DNA of 64,000 bases, from contig NC_043001.1 of assembly GCF_006345805.1 (NCBI RefSeq), positions 72,850,001 to 72,914,000 of the forward strand, in the 5' to 3' direction. Numbering within the stretch: position 1 is the stretch's first letter; each line of letters starts with the position of its first letter. Positions 13,369-25,482 of the stretch are shown here, one piece after another. The notes beneath the pieces were generated by a model, which did no database searches, was not told the origin of the DNA, and was given only the letters and a program-made list of their open reading frames with translations. The position numbers and the translations under genes are program-made. This stretch comes from Octopus sinensis. Lineage: Eukaryota.

Positions 13369-13670
13369 GGCACATAGCATAATGGTTAAGAGTGCAGGCT
13401 ACTAACCCCAAGATTCCAAGTTCAATTCGAGGCAGAACCTTGAATAAATAATAATAATAATAATAATAATAATGATAATCATAAATCAGCAAAAATACTT
13501 TAGCAATGAGAACCCAGGGTTGGGTTCAAAATTCCACCTGAACACCTGATGGAGGCTGGAGAGTAAAGCAGCCAAAACATGGTAACAACAAACAAGATGA
13601 GGACACATCCATCTAATGTAAATGATGTAAATAATGTACAGAAATCCTCATTTCTAAAATATAGAACAGT
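13369..13670 (+). mobile_element. tRNA-derived SINE with (AAT)n linker and hammerhead-like 3' module
   Basis: A box TAGCATAATGG (13375-13385), B box GTTCAATTC (13420-13428), then CCTGATGGAGGCTG..CAGCCAAAAC at 13545-13578. Confidence 0.7.
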
Positions 13671-13689
13671 TTAGTAAAAATGGATTCAC

Positions 13690-14340
13690 TTTTTAGTGTC
13701 TGTTTTAAGTTCCTTTGCAAACAACAAATCTTACACGATTTTCTGATCTTTAATAAAGCAAACATATCCTAAAAGCAGTGCTTCATTGCCTGGGAGAGTC
13801 GACTGGTCCAATTGTAAACCAAATTGTTGACTTTTAAGTATTGTAAATAACATTTTTCTTCAATGTCCTCAGCCATTAAATCAATTCTTTCCACAGAATT
13901 GCTACTAAGTGGAATCATTCTGGTAATTCCATTTGGGGATTGATGATGTACTACTGTACGAAGAGATTCCTCTATAGCTGGAAAAATGAGTTGTTCTCCA
14001 ATTGTATGGAGTTTCCCTGATCTGGCAATCATTCTGGAGATATTGTATGCACAAACAAATCCTTCGTCACATTTCTGTAATTGGTTTGTCATAAGGGGGT
14101 GAATAGATTTTCTGTTGCAAAATTTATCTCATTGAGTTTTAAAGTTTGACAAATCTTTGTTTGCTTTTATCAGGGTGTATCTTGTTTAAATGATGAGAAA
14201 GCCTGGATGGCTTCATGACCTCATTTGAAAAGAGCTTTCCTGTGAAGAAGACACATTGGCTGTTATTCATTATTAAGAGCAATAACAAATCCAAATATTC
14301 AACACTATACTGTCTGCATTTTCACTTTAATAAGTTTTGT
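13690..14340 (-). pseudogene. Buster/ZBED5-like transposase remnant
   Basis: AYNISRMIARSGKLHTIGEQLIFPAI...IPLSSNSVERIDLMAEDIE, then a frameshifted QLDQSTL.GNEALL. Confidence 0.85.
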
Positions 14341-15052
14341 TGACATGATTATAGGTGAACTCAACCACTTAAAGTAAAGTTAAAAAAGTTACAAATAATG
14401 TCAACAACCACCATTAGCTCTTCAAAAACAATTGAGGTACAGGGGTACTTTTTTCTTTCATGAAATAATAGTACTTTGTTGAAACAATAAAGAGTTTATG
14501 ACTGAAAGACCAATTGTTATATAAAACCTTTACAATAGTTTTCCAACTAAATCAGCTGCTTCACCATTGTAAATGTGAACCTGCTTAGTCTAAGTAGAGT
14601 CTCAATAAATATGGTTAGAGGTGGAAGCACATTAATCTATTTAAAAGAAACTGGAAAATTAGTTGAGTGAGACACAAATTAGTTGAGAGAGACACAAATT
14701 AAAGTATATGATAGAGAGATCCACAGACTTAAGGCATGGCATGTTCACAACAAGCAAGGTACTTAATAACCATTTCTCTATCAAATTTTTCCTATTGATA
14801 AATTTCATGATTATAATTGCGGTAAGAAAAGATAATGGAAAATAAGTAATTGAAGAAAAATTTTAAAGCAAAATCACAATGTTTAAAGAGCAGTTGTATA
14901 CTGTCAACTTAACGTGACAGTCCCATGAAGGGAATCACACCACCGCTATTTAGCCCTAGGAAGCATCAACACTTCCTGTCGGCTTTGACACATTTCCTGT
15001 GTCCTTATGTTTACAAAGGGGAGACAAGCACCCCCATCCAGCTAAGCCTGCA

Positions 15053-15095
15053 TCCAGAGACATGTTTCTGAGTCTTTGCTCGTCATCAGTCTGGA
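15053..15095 (-). ncRNA. Minimal type I hammerhead ribozyme motif (Penelope type)
   Basis: Reverse complement: UCCAGA-CUGAUGA-CGAG-CAAAGA-CUCA-GAAA-CAUG-UC-UCUGGA. Confidence 0.75.
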
Positions 15096-16696
15096 GTAGC
15101 ATGACTTGATAGCTGAAGATACCTGTCTAGACTTTGTAAACATTTATAATTTCAGTGAAGTAAATTCACTGATCACAAAAAATAGAAATGAGATATTTAG
15201 AAATTTCAAGGAAATGTAAAGCACTACAAATGCTTCAGAAAAAATAAAATTTCAGGGGAAATTATGCAAAATTTGTCTCAACACACAAGTTCACATCAAG
15301 AATCTTGCAAACCTAATACAAACATGTAGTATTAAGGAAAAGAATAAAATGTTTCCTCCTCTCCATCATACTCTCTTACTCTTTTACTCTTTTATTTGTT
15401 TCAGTCAATTGACTGTGGACATACTGGAGCACCGCCCTTAGTTGAGCAAATCAACCCCAGGATTTTCTTTGTAAGCCTAGTACTTATTCTATTGGTCTCT
15501 TTTGCCGAACTGCTAAGTTACGGGGACATAAACACACCAGCATCGGTTTTCAAGTGATGTTGGGGGGACAAACACAGACACACAAACACACACACATATA
15601 TATATACATATACATAGATAAGACGGGCTTCTTTCAGTTTCCGTCTACCAAATCCACTCACAAGGCTTTGGTCAGCCATGCAATGGGACTGATCCCAGAA
15701 CCATGTAGTTGGCAAGCAAGCTACTTACCACACAGCCGCTCCTGCACCTCACAATTAAAATCAATATTTTTGATTTTGTTTGGCTTTATGAATTTGATAT
15801 TTTTTTAATGCTTCCCTCTATTGCTTGATACAAAAAATAATTTGAAAAATCCTAACTTAGCAAAAAATATAGGAAGAGAAAGAAAAGGTTCTTTTTTCCA
15901 AAGCCAAAAGAAGTGTTTTTAGTTAAGGTGAAATTTTATAATTAAAACAAATTCAGAATTTAAATTTCAGAACATAAGACTTACCACTTTATCTGGGGTA
16001 TGGCTGTAATTCAAATGTATACAAAACCTAAAACAAATGTGAGTGTGCATGTGCATGTATGGTTGGGCCTTTAATCGCCTGGGGTCAATTTAAGTTCAAT
16101 CGCAGAAAGGAATTCAAAATGGCAACATTCTCACATACATGCAATCATAGACATACAAACATATCCCCCAACACACACACACATACACAAACATTTGCAT
16201 ATCAGCCACTCCCAAAAGCCAGTGTCGTCCAAAATTCTGATCACCATTCTTTATATATTTGCACACAAACAGACATATACACACACATTCAACTTTTCCC
16301 TTTTATTCATTGTTTTTTTTTTCTTTTAGTCATCTGTTACTATTTATCTGTTTTTTGTTTTTGTTTTCATTTTGGAGGTTTCACTTTAGTGACACCAGTT
16401 ACACATGGTGCCAGGAATTTGCGAAAGTGGAAAAAGTGTTTTTTAAATTTTTGAAAATTTCAAAGTAAAAAGATTTGAAAGAAAAAAAAGAATGGATAAA
16501 TGCCCCCTACCCACCTGAGTATATTCACCTCCCCCCCACCAAATGAAATTAAAACTTTCACTACAAAAGTGCCCACAAGGGGGCACTAGGGCACATGTTG
16601 GGAAACACTGCTCTAAACATACATTTTTCTTCCCTTCTGAACACAAAAACTTTTCCCCTGCCCCTTCCCTTTTCTCCCACACTATCCTATTCAAAT

Positions 16697-17022
16697 GTGA
16701 GGGCGCGTGGCTTAGTGGTTAGGGCATTCGGCTCATGATCGTAAGGTTGTGAGTTCGATTCCCGGCGACGCGTTGTGTCCTTGAGCAAGACACTTTATTT
16801 CACGTTGCTCCAGTCCACTCAGCTGGCAAAAATGAGTTGTACTTGTATTTCAAAGGGTCAGCCTTGTCACTCTCTGTGTCACGCTGATTATCCCCGAGAA
16901 CTACGTTAAGGGTACACGTGTCTGTGGAATGCTCAGCCATTTGCACGTTAATTTCACGAGCAAGCTGTTCCGTTGATCGTATCAGCTGGGACCCTCGTCG
17001 TCGTAACCGGCGGAGTCTTCTA
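16697..17022 (+). mobile_element. Young tRNA-headed SINE with V/Meta-type central domain
   Basis: A box TGGCTTAGTGG, B box GAGTTCGATTCC, core 'gttgtgtccttgagcaagacacttt'. 13-bp TSD ATCCTATTCAAAT at 16684-16696 and 17023-17035. CpGs retained. Older copy at ~45665-45810. Confidence 0.88.
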
Positions 17023-18067
17023 ATCCTATTCAAATACTACTCTCTATTCCTCTCTCTCTTACACAATAGTGTCATTTAGGGCCATCTGTGAAATGACCCT
17101 TAGGAACTCTCCCACTCCCTTATATATATTTTTTGTTCTTTTATCTTTTCTTATATTCTAATTTCTCTTCACAACTATATTCTTTACTCAAACTGTGCTT
17201 TCTATGCATTCTGATTGAATCCTCTGAGTGTTAACATGGGCCTCCTGATGACAAGTTAAATCTTCATAAGATCAAGATAACCTTGGCCTGAAGAGTAGCC
17301 TGTGGTATACCCCTCACTTTGGATATTTACGACCTCTGAGGTTCTGCTCACTAAGGAACAGCCTGGGCTTTAGCTACTCCCTTCCTTAACTCTTGGATTA
17401 TATATATATCATCATCATCAGTTAATTTCTGTTGTCCATGCTGGCATGGGTTGGACAGTTTGACCAGGGCTGGTTAACTAGGGGGGGGGGGGCTGCACCA
17501 GACTCCAATCTGATTTGGCCTCGTTTCTATGGCTGGACGCCTTTCCTAATGCCAACTACTCTGAGAGGGTAATGGGTGCTTTTACATGCCACCGGCATAG
17601 GTACCAGTTGCGTGACATCAGTATCTGTCACGACTAAGATTTCACTTGGTTTGATGGGTCTTCTTCTCAAGCACAGCATATTGCGAAAAGTCTCAGTCAT
17701 TTGTCATTACCTCTGTGAGGCCCAATGCTTGAAAGGTGCTTTTTGTGTGCTATCAGCATGGGTGCTAGTTATGCGACACTGGTATTGGTCACATTGCCTC
17801 CATGAAGTCCAATGTTTGAAAGGTGTTTTTTTACATGCCACCAGCACAGATGCCAGTTATGTGACAAGCCGCCAGCACAAGCACCAGTTATGTGAGATCA
17901 GCATATCTATAAGTTAAGGTTAAAATAAAAATTTATGCGTTGAGTATGCCCTTAGTTGTATGCCAATAAAGCACGTTCGCTACCTATGGCTACTTGGCAT
18001 TATCTGTGGTAATTGCACAATCGTCGGGGGGGGGGGTCTGCATTAGAAATTCATCAGTGTATGTTAT

Positions 18068-18238
18068 TGTGAAGTATATTTGCCACTTAAATATGGCTAA
18101 CCACTAAGAGTGGATGCTACTGTAGCTTGTAGCCCCAGGAGAACATCTTCTCCAGCTGGCTATTGACACACTTTCTGTGCCCTGAGTAATCAGTATTTGC
18201 AAAGGGAAGCCACATTTAAGTGGCAAATATACTTCACA
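18068..18238. repeat. 31-bp inverted repeat around a ~110-bp core
   Basis: TGTGAAGTATATTTGCCACTTAAATATGGCT (18068-18098) versus AGCCACATTTAAGTGGCAAATATACTTCACA (18208-18238), one mismatch. Confidence 0.9.
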
Positions 18239-19781
18239 TTGTTGTGCAGCTACTGTTTATACTTTGTTCAGAGATTTATTATTGAGTGTAGGTTAAGTAT
18301 AGCAGAAACAATAGAAATGGAAGATGGAATATATTTGCAACTTTATTTATCACAACAATCATTTCAGCACATCCTGCATCACTGCTGCTGGTGATAAATT
18401 GTTTGATAGCGACCAATCCTTCCTTACATGATGCCAGAGGGCCAGACATAATGCTGGAAGGTGGTATGGTCAAAACTCTTAATGACTATTTGACACACAG
18501 TTATATCTCAACATATGCATATATACACATATATGTATACATACAGGCACCCATTTATACATGCACATACACCGTTTTACATACATACATAGACCTATCA
18601 ATATTTATATACATCTATAGGCATATAGATGCATATACATCCACATATACATACATACTGTCATATACATGAAAATCACTTATTCCAGTCTGTAAAGTGG
18701 TTGGCATTAGGAAGGGCATCCAGCTATAAAAATCATTTCAAAACAGACAGTGGAGCTTGGTGCAGTTCTCTGGCTTGCCGGCTCCTGTCAAACTATCCAG
18801 TGCATGCCAATATGGAAAACATACATTAAATGATGATGATGATATATATATACATATACATAAGTATATATACACACATATGTATGTATACATTTGTGCA
18901 TGTATATATAAATACGTATATACACGAGTATATATATTTATAAGTATATATATATATATATATATGTGCATGTATATATAAATACGTATATACATGTGTG
19001 TGCATACACACACACATGCACACACAAACGCACACATAGAAAACCACAAAGCTAGCAAACATTTCCATCTAATTTAAACCATGAAACTAACGGTGATATA
19101 TTAAACAGCAATGGTTCTCACCCTATAGCTCAGTGCCCTCCTTTCTTGAAATGGCATTTTACAAACACACCCTGTTCTTGCCAATAAAAAAAAAACAACA
19201 ACAAAACGAAGACAAAAAGAAAGAGAGCAAAAACTATAAATTATTTTAATCAAACGGAAGGTATGTACAGTAGTTTATTACCTGTATTTTCTTACATTAT
19301 CACATCCAACACGTGACTTCTTTTAGGCATTAGTATGGATTAGTAGTGTCCAATAGGTTAAGTTCATATCGAAATTTGCAGGTATGGCTGTATGGTAAGA
19401 AGCTTGCTTCCCACCCATGTGATCTTAGGTTCAGTCATGCAACATAGTACCTTGGGCAAGTGCATTCCATTATAGCCCCACCCAGACCAACCAAAGTCTT
19501 GTGAGTGGATTTGGTAGAAGGAAACCAAAAGAAGCCCATCATCATCATCATTATTCAATGTCCATTTTCCATGCTGGTATGGTTTTGAACATGTTTTTTT
19601 TTTTTGCTTTTTTGTGTTTAAGATATAGATATTGTACCTGATTTAAATATCTTATTTCTAAGAAAAGTCATGTCCCTTCTAAACAGTGAACATGGTACCT
19701 TGACTCTTTGTGAACATACCCTGTATCTCTAAGGGAAGGGTAGGGTCACTACAGTACAGACCGAGAATTATTGATGTAGAG

Positions 19782-20089
19782 CAATGATTCACAAAGTGAG
19801 TGATGCTCCCCCCTCCCTAGGGGTGCAGGGGAAAAAATCCAAGGTAGGATGAGGCTTTGAAGAAAAGTCGGGCGATAATGGGGTGGTCAAAAGAGTGGTG
19901 GTGGGGGGTGATGGTTGTAAAAACAACAAAATAATGGGTTAATTAGGTTAAGCTTTATTTATGAAATACAGTTGCTTTGAATTTTCTGCAGAAAATGGTC
20001 TACCTTTTGTGGTGGTGAGTGGCGGGGGCACTAGGAATGTGGCCTGGGTGCCAAGAGGAAAGCAGCCTGAAAATGTTTGGGAGTCACTG
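19782..20089. mobile_element. hAT-type MITE
   Basis: Termini CAATGATTCACAAA / TTTGGGAGTCACTG. 8-bp TSD ATGTAGAG at 19774-19781 and 20090-20097. Confidence 0.85.
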
Positions 20090-21093
20090 ATGTAGAGTAA
20101 TTAGAACCACCACCACTGATAACAGCAGCAACAGTCACATCACATTTCATGTCATAATAATAACCTCAAACAGTGCACCCACACTGTTAAACCAAGCAAA
20201 TTCTCTTATAAAACATGACTCAAAAAACAAAAATCAATGTCCCCTAACCACACAAAATGAAAAATATGCGCTTTCCATCTTGGCCGTCATTTTGACCTTT
20301 TGCTTCCATCAAAAACCCAAGCCCAAAAAATAGTAATGAAATCTAAAAAAATACTCAAAAAATTTCATAGCGGAGAATGTCACTAACATACACTAAAATT
20401 ACCTACGACCTGAAGGAATCACTGCACTTATGAACATCTACATTTCCTGGTACCACCATGCAGGCATGGTTTGGAAGGTTTGACAGGATCAGATGTGTCC
20501 AAGGACTGTATTGTATTCCCATATCTGCTTTGGCATGATTTCTATGTCTGGATGCCCTTCCTAATGCCAACAACTTCATAGTTTTGACTGGGTAGTCATA
20601 CCACCTGCACTATTGAGGTCACTATGTAGTTCATATGACTACAATCCTTGGTGTTGTTTGGAGTCAGCTCCATGCTAGGGGATGAGGAGATTACTATAAG
20701 AAGGTGGAAGGTTGAGCAGACTCTTGTAGAGGGATCGGCATGGTTACCCACATCTAGTAGGGGAAATAGAGAAACCAACACCATAAAATTCCAAGAATCT
20801 GCAATCTGGGCCAAATCAGGAAATTCTAAAGCTCAACAAAATCTCAATTGAAATACCATCACCTTCCAATGTCAAAAACCAAAAAAAGAAAATAGAAAGA
20901 AAAGGAGAGAAATCATAGGTGCATATCTCACAAGTAAGAATGATTTGGTAACATGTATCATGTTTTCATTAATTGTGATTGATGCTTATGTGGTCACAAG
21001 CAAACACAAACAGCCTCTCAGCCCTCTCACACTTGGCCTAACAGAATTTCAAGGACATTACAGCTTGAAGGGAAAACAGAGAGAGAGAGAGGG

Positions 21094-21137
<44 letters not shown>

Positions 21138-21744
21138 GCAGAAAGCTGCTGCAGAGCTAGGTTGGTACATATTTTCAGAAGCTCTTCTTTACAAGAAAAA
21201 CATGAAATTTAGTGACATGGTCAGTGATACTAGAGGAAGTCAAAAATTATCCATACTGAGTGGCACCTAGGGTAAGTGTTTTCTACTATAGCTTCAGGCC
21301 AACCAAAGCCTTGCGAGTGGATTTGGTAGACAGAAACTGGAAGAAGCCTGTTATATATATATATATATGTATGTATGTATATCTTTGTTTGTCCCCCGCC
21401 CCACCATCACCACTTGACAACTGGTGTTGGTGTACTTATATCCCTGTGACTTAGTGGCACAGCAAAAGAAACCAATAAAATAACTACTAGGCTTGAGAAA
21501 TAAGTCCTGGGGTTGATTTGTTCGATTAAAACCCTTCAAGGCAGTACTCCAGCATGGCTGCAGTCAAATGACTGAAACAACTAAAAGAATTAAAGAATAC
21601 TTTCACCAAATCTTATTTAGGTTGGCTGCCCTGCTTTCAGTGCTCATGAGCTATAAGGTGGCATTGTTGTGGTTGCATAACCAAGGTTTGACCATGTTCA
21701 CTCTAGTTTTCTTTCTTGGGTTACAAAGTAAACATACTTCCTCT

Positions 21745-22275
21745 GCCGACAATATGCACCAAAGAAGAACAGAGATCAATGACCCTGTTTCTCTGGTCAG
21801 ATGGTGGGTCAGAGGCTGAAATTCATGGCAGGCTTTCAGTACAATATGGAGTCAGCACTCTGCTACTTAGAGGTGTGTATAAGTGGATTGAGAAGCTTAA
21901 AAGACAAACATGAAGCACAAAGTGGAAGCAGGTCATCCATCAAACTCCACCACTGATGTGAGAATCAACAAACCTGAGAGATGGTTCTGGTGAACAAACG
22001 AGTAACCATCAATGAAGTGGCATTTTCTCTGCATATTAGTCACAGTTCTGCATACAAAATCATCCATGACAAGCTTGCTTCTGTAAAGTCTGTTTGAGGT
22101 GGATGCCAAGAGAGATTACTAAAATGCATAAGCACAACTGTGTGGAGATCTTACTCAACTGCTACAATGATGAAGGCGAAACTTTTTTAGAGAGAATAGT
22201 TACAAGAGATGAGCTTGGGGTCCATCACTTTGAACCAGAACCCAAATCACAGAGTATGACATGGAAACACCTGTT
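21745..22275 (+). mobile_element. Tc1/mariner (mariner-type) transposase remnant
   Basis: EQRS...FLW..G..AEIH.RL..QYG...VYKWIE..., RVTINEVA, RWMPRE (WVPxxL-like), FLERIVTRDE.GVHHFEPE.K.QS..WKH. Frameshifted. Confidence 0.85.
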
Positions 22276-22424
22276 AAAAAAGCCACCGTTTATGGAATGA
22301 GGATAACTGCCAGTCTATCGTATGTGGTGGGTGGATCTTCAAGTTGCCACACACATTCTTAATAGCTTAGAGTAGGCTCAAATTAGAGATTATTCTTTGT
22401 GGTTAATGGTGTGAGTCCTGATTG

Positions 22425-22980
22425 GAAGAAGAAGAAGAAGAAGAAGAAGACAATGACAGCTATCATCACTATCACTGCTACCACCACCATCATTATTATC
22501 ATCATTCCCATTATCATCATCATCCTTATAGCTAACATGACCACTGCCACCACAATTTTCATCATTCTCATCACAGCCACCATCATCATCGCCATCAACA
22601 CTATCATTACCATTACTACACCTATAGCCACCACCACCATTTTCATCACCATCATTATCACTATGGCTACATCTACCACCACTACTGCCACTACCACTGC
22701 CACCACTACCATCAGTTCCATCACAGTCATCATCTTCATAATCATCACCACTAATATCACCACCACTACAGGTACCACCGTCATGACTGCCATCATCATA
22801 TCTACCATCAACATTATTATCATCAGCATCATCGTCATCATCATCATGACTCTGACCACCACCGCCACCACCGTCGTTGTCATCATCACTTGTCAAGTTT
22901 GCCTGTAGGAACAGTTGTTGCTGTTACTTTTGCTGTTGCTACCATAGTGGTGGTGATGATGGTGGGCATCATCATCATAG
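22425..22980. repeat. (GAA)n followed by a long degenerate (CAT/CAC/CAY)n trinucleotide repeat
   Basis: Directly visible; opens low-complexity ORFs in several frames. Confidence 0.9.
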
Positions 22981-23275
22981 TTCATTGTTTAGTCTCCAAA
23001 CCGACCTTAAATGACCAGACTGTATGTCAATCGCATTCAACCATGGCTATTTGTTTTTTCAAGTTTTGACTCTTTTTGCTTGGTTCACTCATTTGACTGT
23101 GGCCATGCTGAAACACTGTCCTAAAGGGTGTTAGTCAGAGAAATCAACCCCAGGACTTACTCTTTGTAAGCCTAGTATTTATTCTATCAGTCTCTTTTGC
23201 CAAATTGCTAAGTTATGGGGACATAAACACACCAGTATCGATTGTCAAGTAATCATGGAGGGACAAACACAAATG

Positions 23276-23329
<54 letters not shown>

Positions 23330-23522
23330 ATCAGTCACCATGATTGACCAACCGCTAAATCCACAAGTTTTTTTAAATTCTCACTCTGTTTATTTCTTTG
23401 TGTTCTTTTCTGTTGAAGAATGTAGGTTTGAAACGTAAAAGACTTTCTCACCTTCCATCAAACTAATACACCTGCTTGTTGTTTAAACACCTGTCTTCAT
23501 CTTTTGTTTTTCTGTAAATCTG

Positions 23523-23525
<3 letters not shown>
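23330..23525 (+). mobile_element. Short Penelope-derived 3' fragment with variant hammerhead motif, nested in a SINE microsatellite
   Basis: Homologous to the reverse complement of 42095-42240. Contains UCUUUU-CUGUUGAA-GAAUGUAGGUUU-GAAACGUA-AAAGA. Confidence 0.6.
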
Positions 23526-23567
<42 letters not shown>

Positions 23568-24200
23568 GGGCTTCTTCCAGTTTCCATCCACCAAAACCAC
23601 TCACAAGGCTTTGGTCAGCTCAAGTCTATAGAAGATGATTATAGATGCCCAAGGTGCCATGTAGTGGGACTGAACCTGGAACTATGTGGTTGGGGAGCAA
23701 GCTTCTTACCACACAGCCATGCCTGTGCTTATCCACACCGCCACCGCATCTTAGTGTTTGGGGATTTTTTTTTTTGCGTGATGCATCAAAGATTACACAA
23801 TGAAAAGACATCTTTGTTTTTTCCCTTTCATTCAAGTAGAGTGTAGCCTGATTTAGATTTAGGGTGCTATTTCTAGCCGGGCAAGCAACGACCATGTAAA
23901 GTCATCCTCGCTGTCTTGCACGTGTTAGTGTGAGTGTTGGTAGTGATGTACTCTGTCTCTCCATAGAGACAACAATCAGTTAGATGGAACTGGTTAAGAA
24001 ATGTTCCATTAGAGAGAGAAAGGGGGGAGGGAGAGAGAGAGGGAGAGAGAGAGAATGTTGCTCAACTTCCAAGTTTGATCACGTCAGTGTTTGTGGAAAC
24101 AATAATAGACATGCGCGCGCGCACACGTGTGTGTGTGTGGTGTCTAATATATACACACATATATAAAATATTTATAAAGAGGCATGAATGTGTGTATTAA

Positions 24201-24233
<33 letters not shown>

Positions 24234-24755
24234 CTCACACACACACATATACATATTTATATACATACGTATATACATACACACATTTACATATACATAC
24301 ATACATACATATAAATATATATATATATATATAGGTAGATAAGTATGTAATATATGCACGCATATATATATAAACATACACATTAAAATATATATGGATA
24401 TATATACAAAAACGTTTACGTATAAATATACATATATAGATACGTATATGCATGTATATATACATAGAGAAAAACATCCCCCACACATACATAATACACA
24501 CACACATACACTCATACACATACGCATATATACACGTACACGTACATCTATGAAATCAATACCAAATGAATTGTTTCTTCAAAAAAAAACATCTCTTTTT
24601 GTGGTTTTCCTCAAAGGGACAAATGAAAATTTATTAATAGGATTCTTTGAATTAATTCTTCGTGTGCGCGCACACACATACACACATGTATGTGTGTGTA
24701 TATATATATATGTGTGTGTGTGTGTATGCATGTATGTATATGTGTAATATATATA

Positions 24756-24832
<77 letters not shown>

Positions 24833-25259
24833 ATACACAGAGAAAAGAGAATTAGATAAGATTTTAGTGTCTCAATGGTGTTATGTTCTTTGAAATTTAA
24901 TCAATAGAATGGAAATTCTTTTTGTTAAAAGTAGCAATATAAAATATTAAACAAGTTTGATATTTCTTAAACACTTATTCCAGGGGAAAAAAAGAAACAT
25001 ATTTCTAAATTATTTATATATTTTCCCCTTCTTTTCCCTAGTCTTTTAATTAATTTTTCACCATATTTCTCCTCGTTATTCATATATATATATATATATA
25101 TCTTTTATATAATTATTTGAAGCATTTTTCACACTTTTTCTAATTTCTCCATTATTTTATTTGTTTCTATTTTTCTTTATTTTGTTTCAATTAAAAAATT
25201 TTTCTGATGCGGATTATTTTGAGAAAAGAACAACCAAAGTTAAAACAAAGTAAAAACAC

Positions 25260-25482
25260 ACACACATAGACGCGTACGTGCGCACTCACAGACACATACT
25301 AAAAAAAATACCTATAAAAGACTGACGAGCAGACTGACTAGTTCGAGAATTGAACCAGCTTGTCAACCGGACGCTTTATTTACGTCAGAGCTGGTTACCA
25401 GGGGCAACGTCGGTATGAACAGCAGCAGCAGCAGCAGGGCTGAGACTAAAACGAGGCTGGAGATGGCAGAGGCTTTTACAAG
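25260..25482 (+). promoter_or_regulatory. CpG-rich promoter/5' UTR of the kinase gene
   Basis: CRE-like TTACGTCA (25380-25387), X-box GTTACC-AGG-GGCAAC (25394-25408), YY1-like CAAGATGGCGG overlapping the ATG. CpG density is far above the flanks. Confidence 0.65.

Larger units (their letters stand above)
13001..16610 (-). mobile_element. Internally deleted Buster/Charlie-type hAT DNA transposon with nested insertions
   Basis: TIRs CAAGGTTTCCCAAC (13001) and GTTGGGAAACACTG (ending 16610). Perfect 8-bp TSD CTCTAAAC at 12993-13000 and 16611-16618 (nnnTAnnn). Confidence 0.9.

Noticed and set aside
16697-16770. tRNA-like sequence with CAT anticodon loop
   Set aside because: It is the head of a SINE bounded by a 13-bp TSD; the acceptor and anticodon stems are imperfect.
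22383-22908. 168-169 aa ORFs in three frames (Met/Val-, Asp/Gly-, Ile/Thr-rich)
   Set aside because: Degenerate trinucleotide repeat; no splice or homology support.
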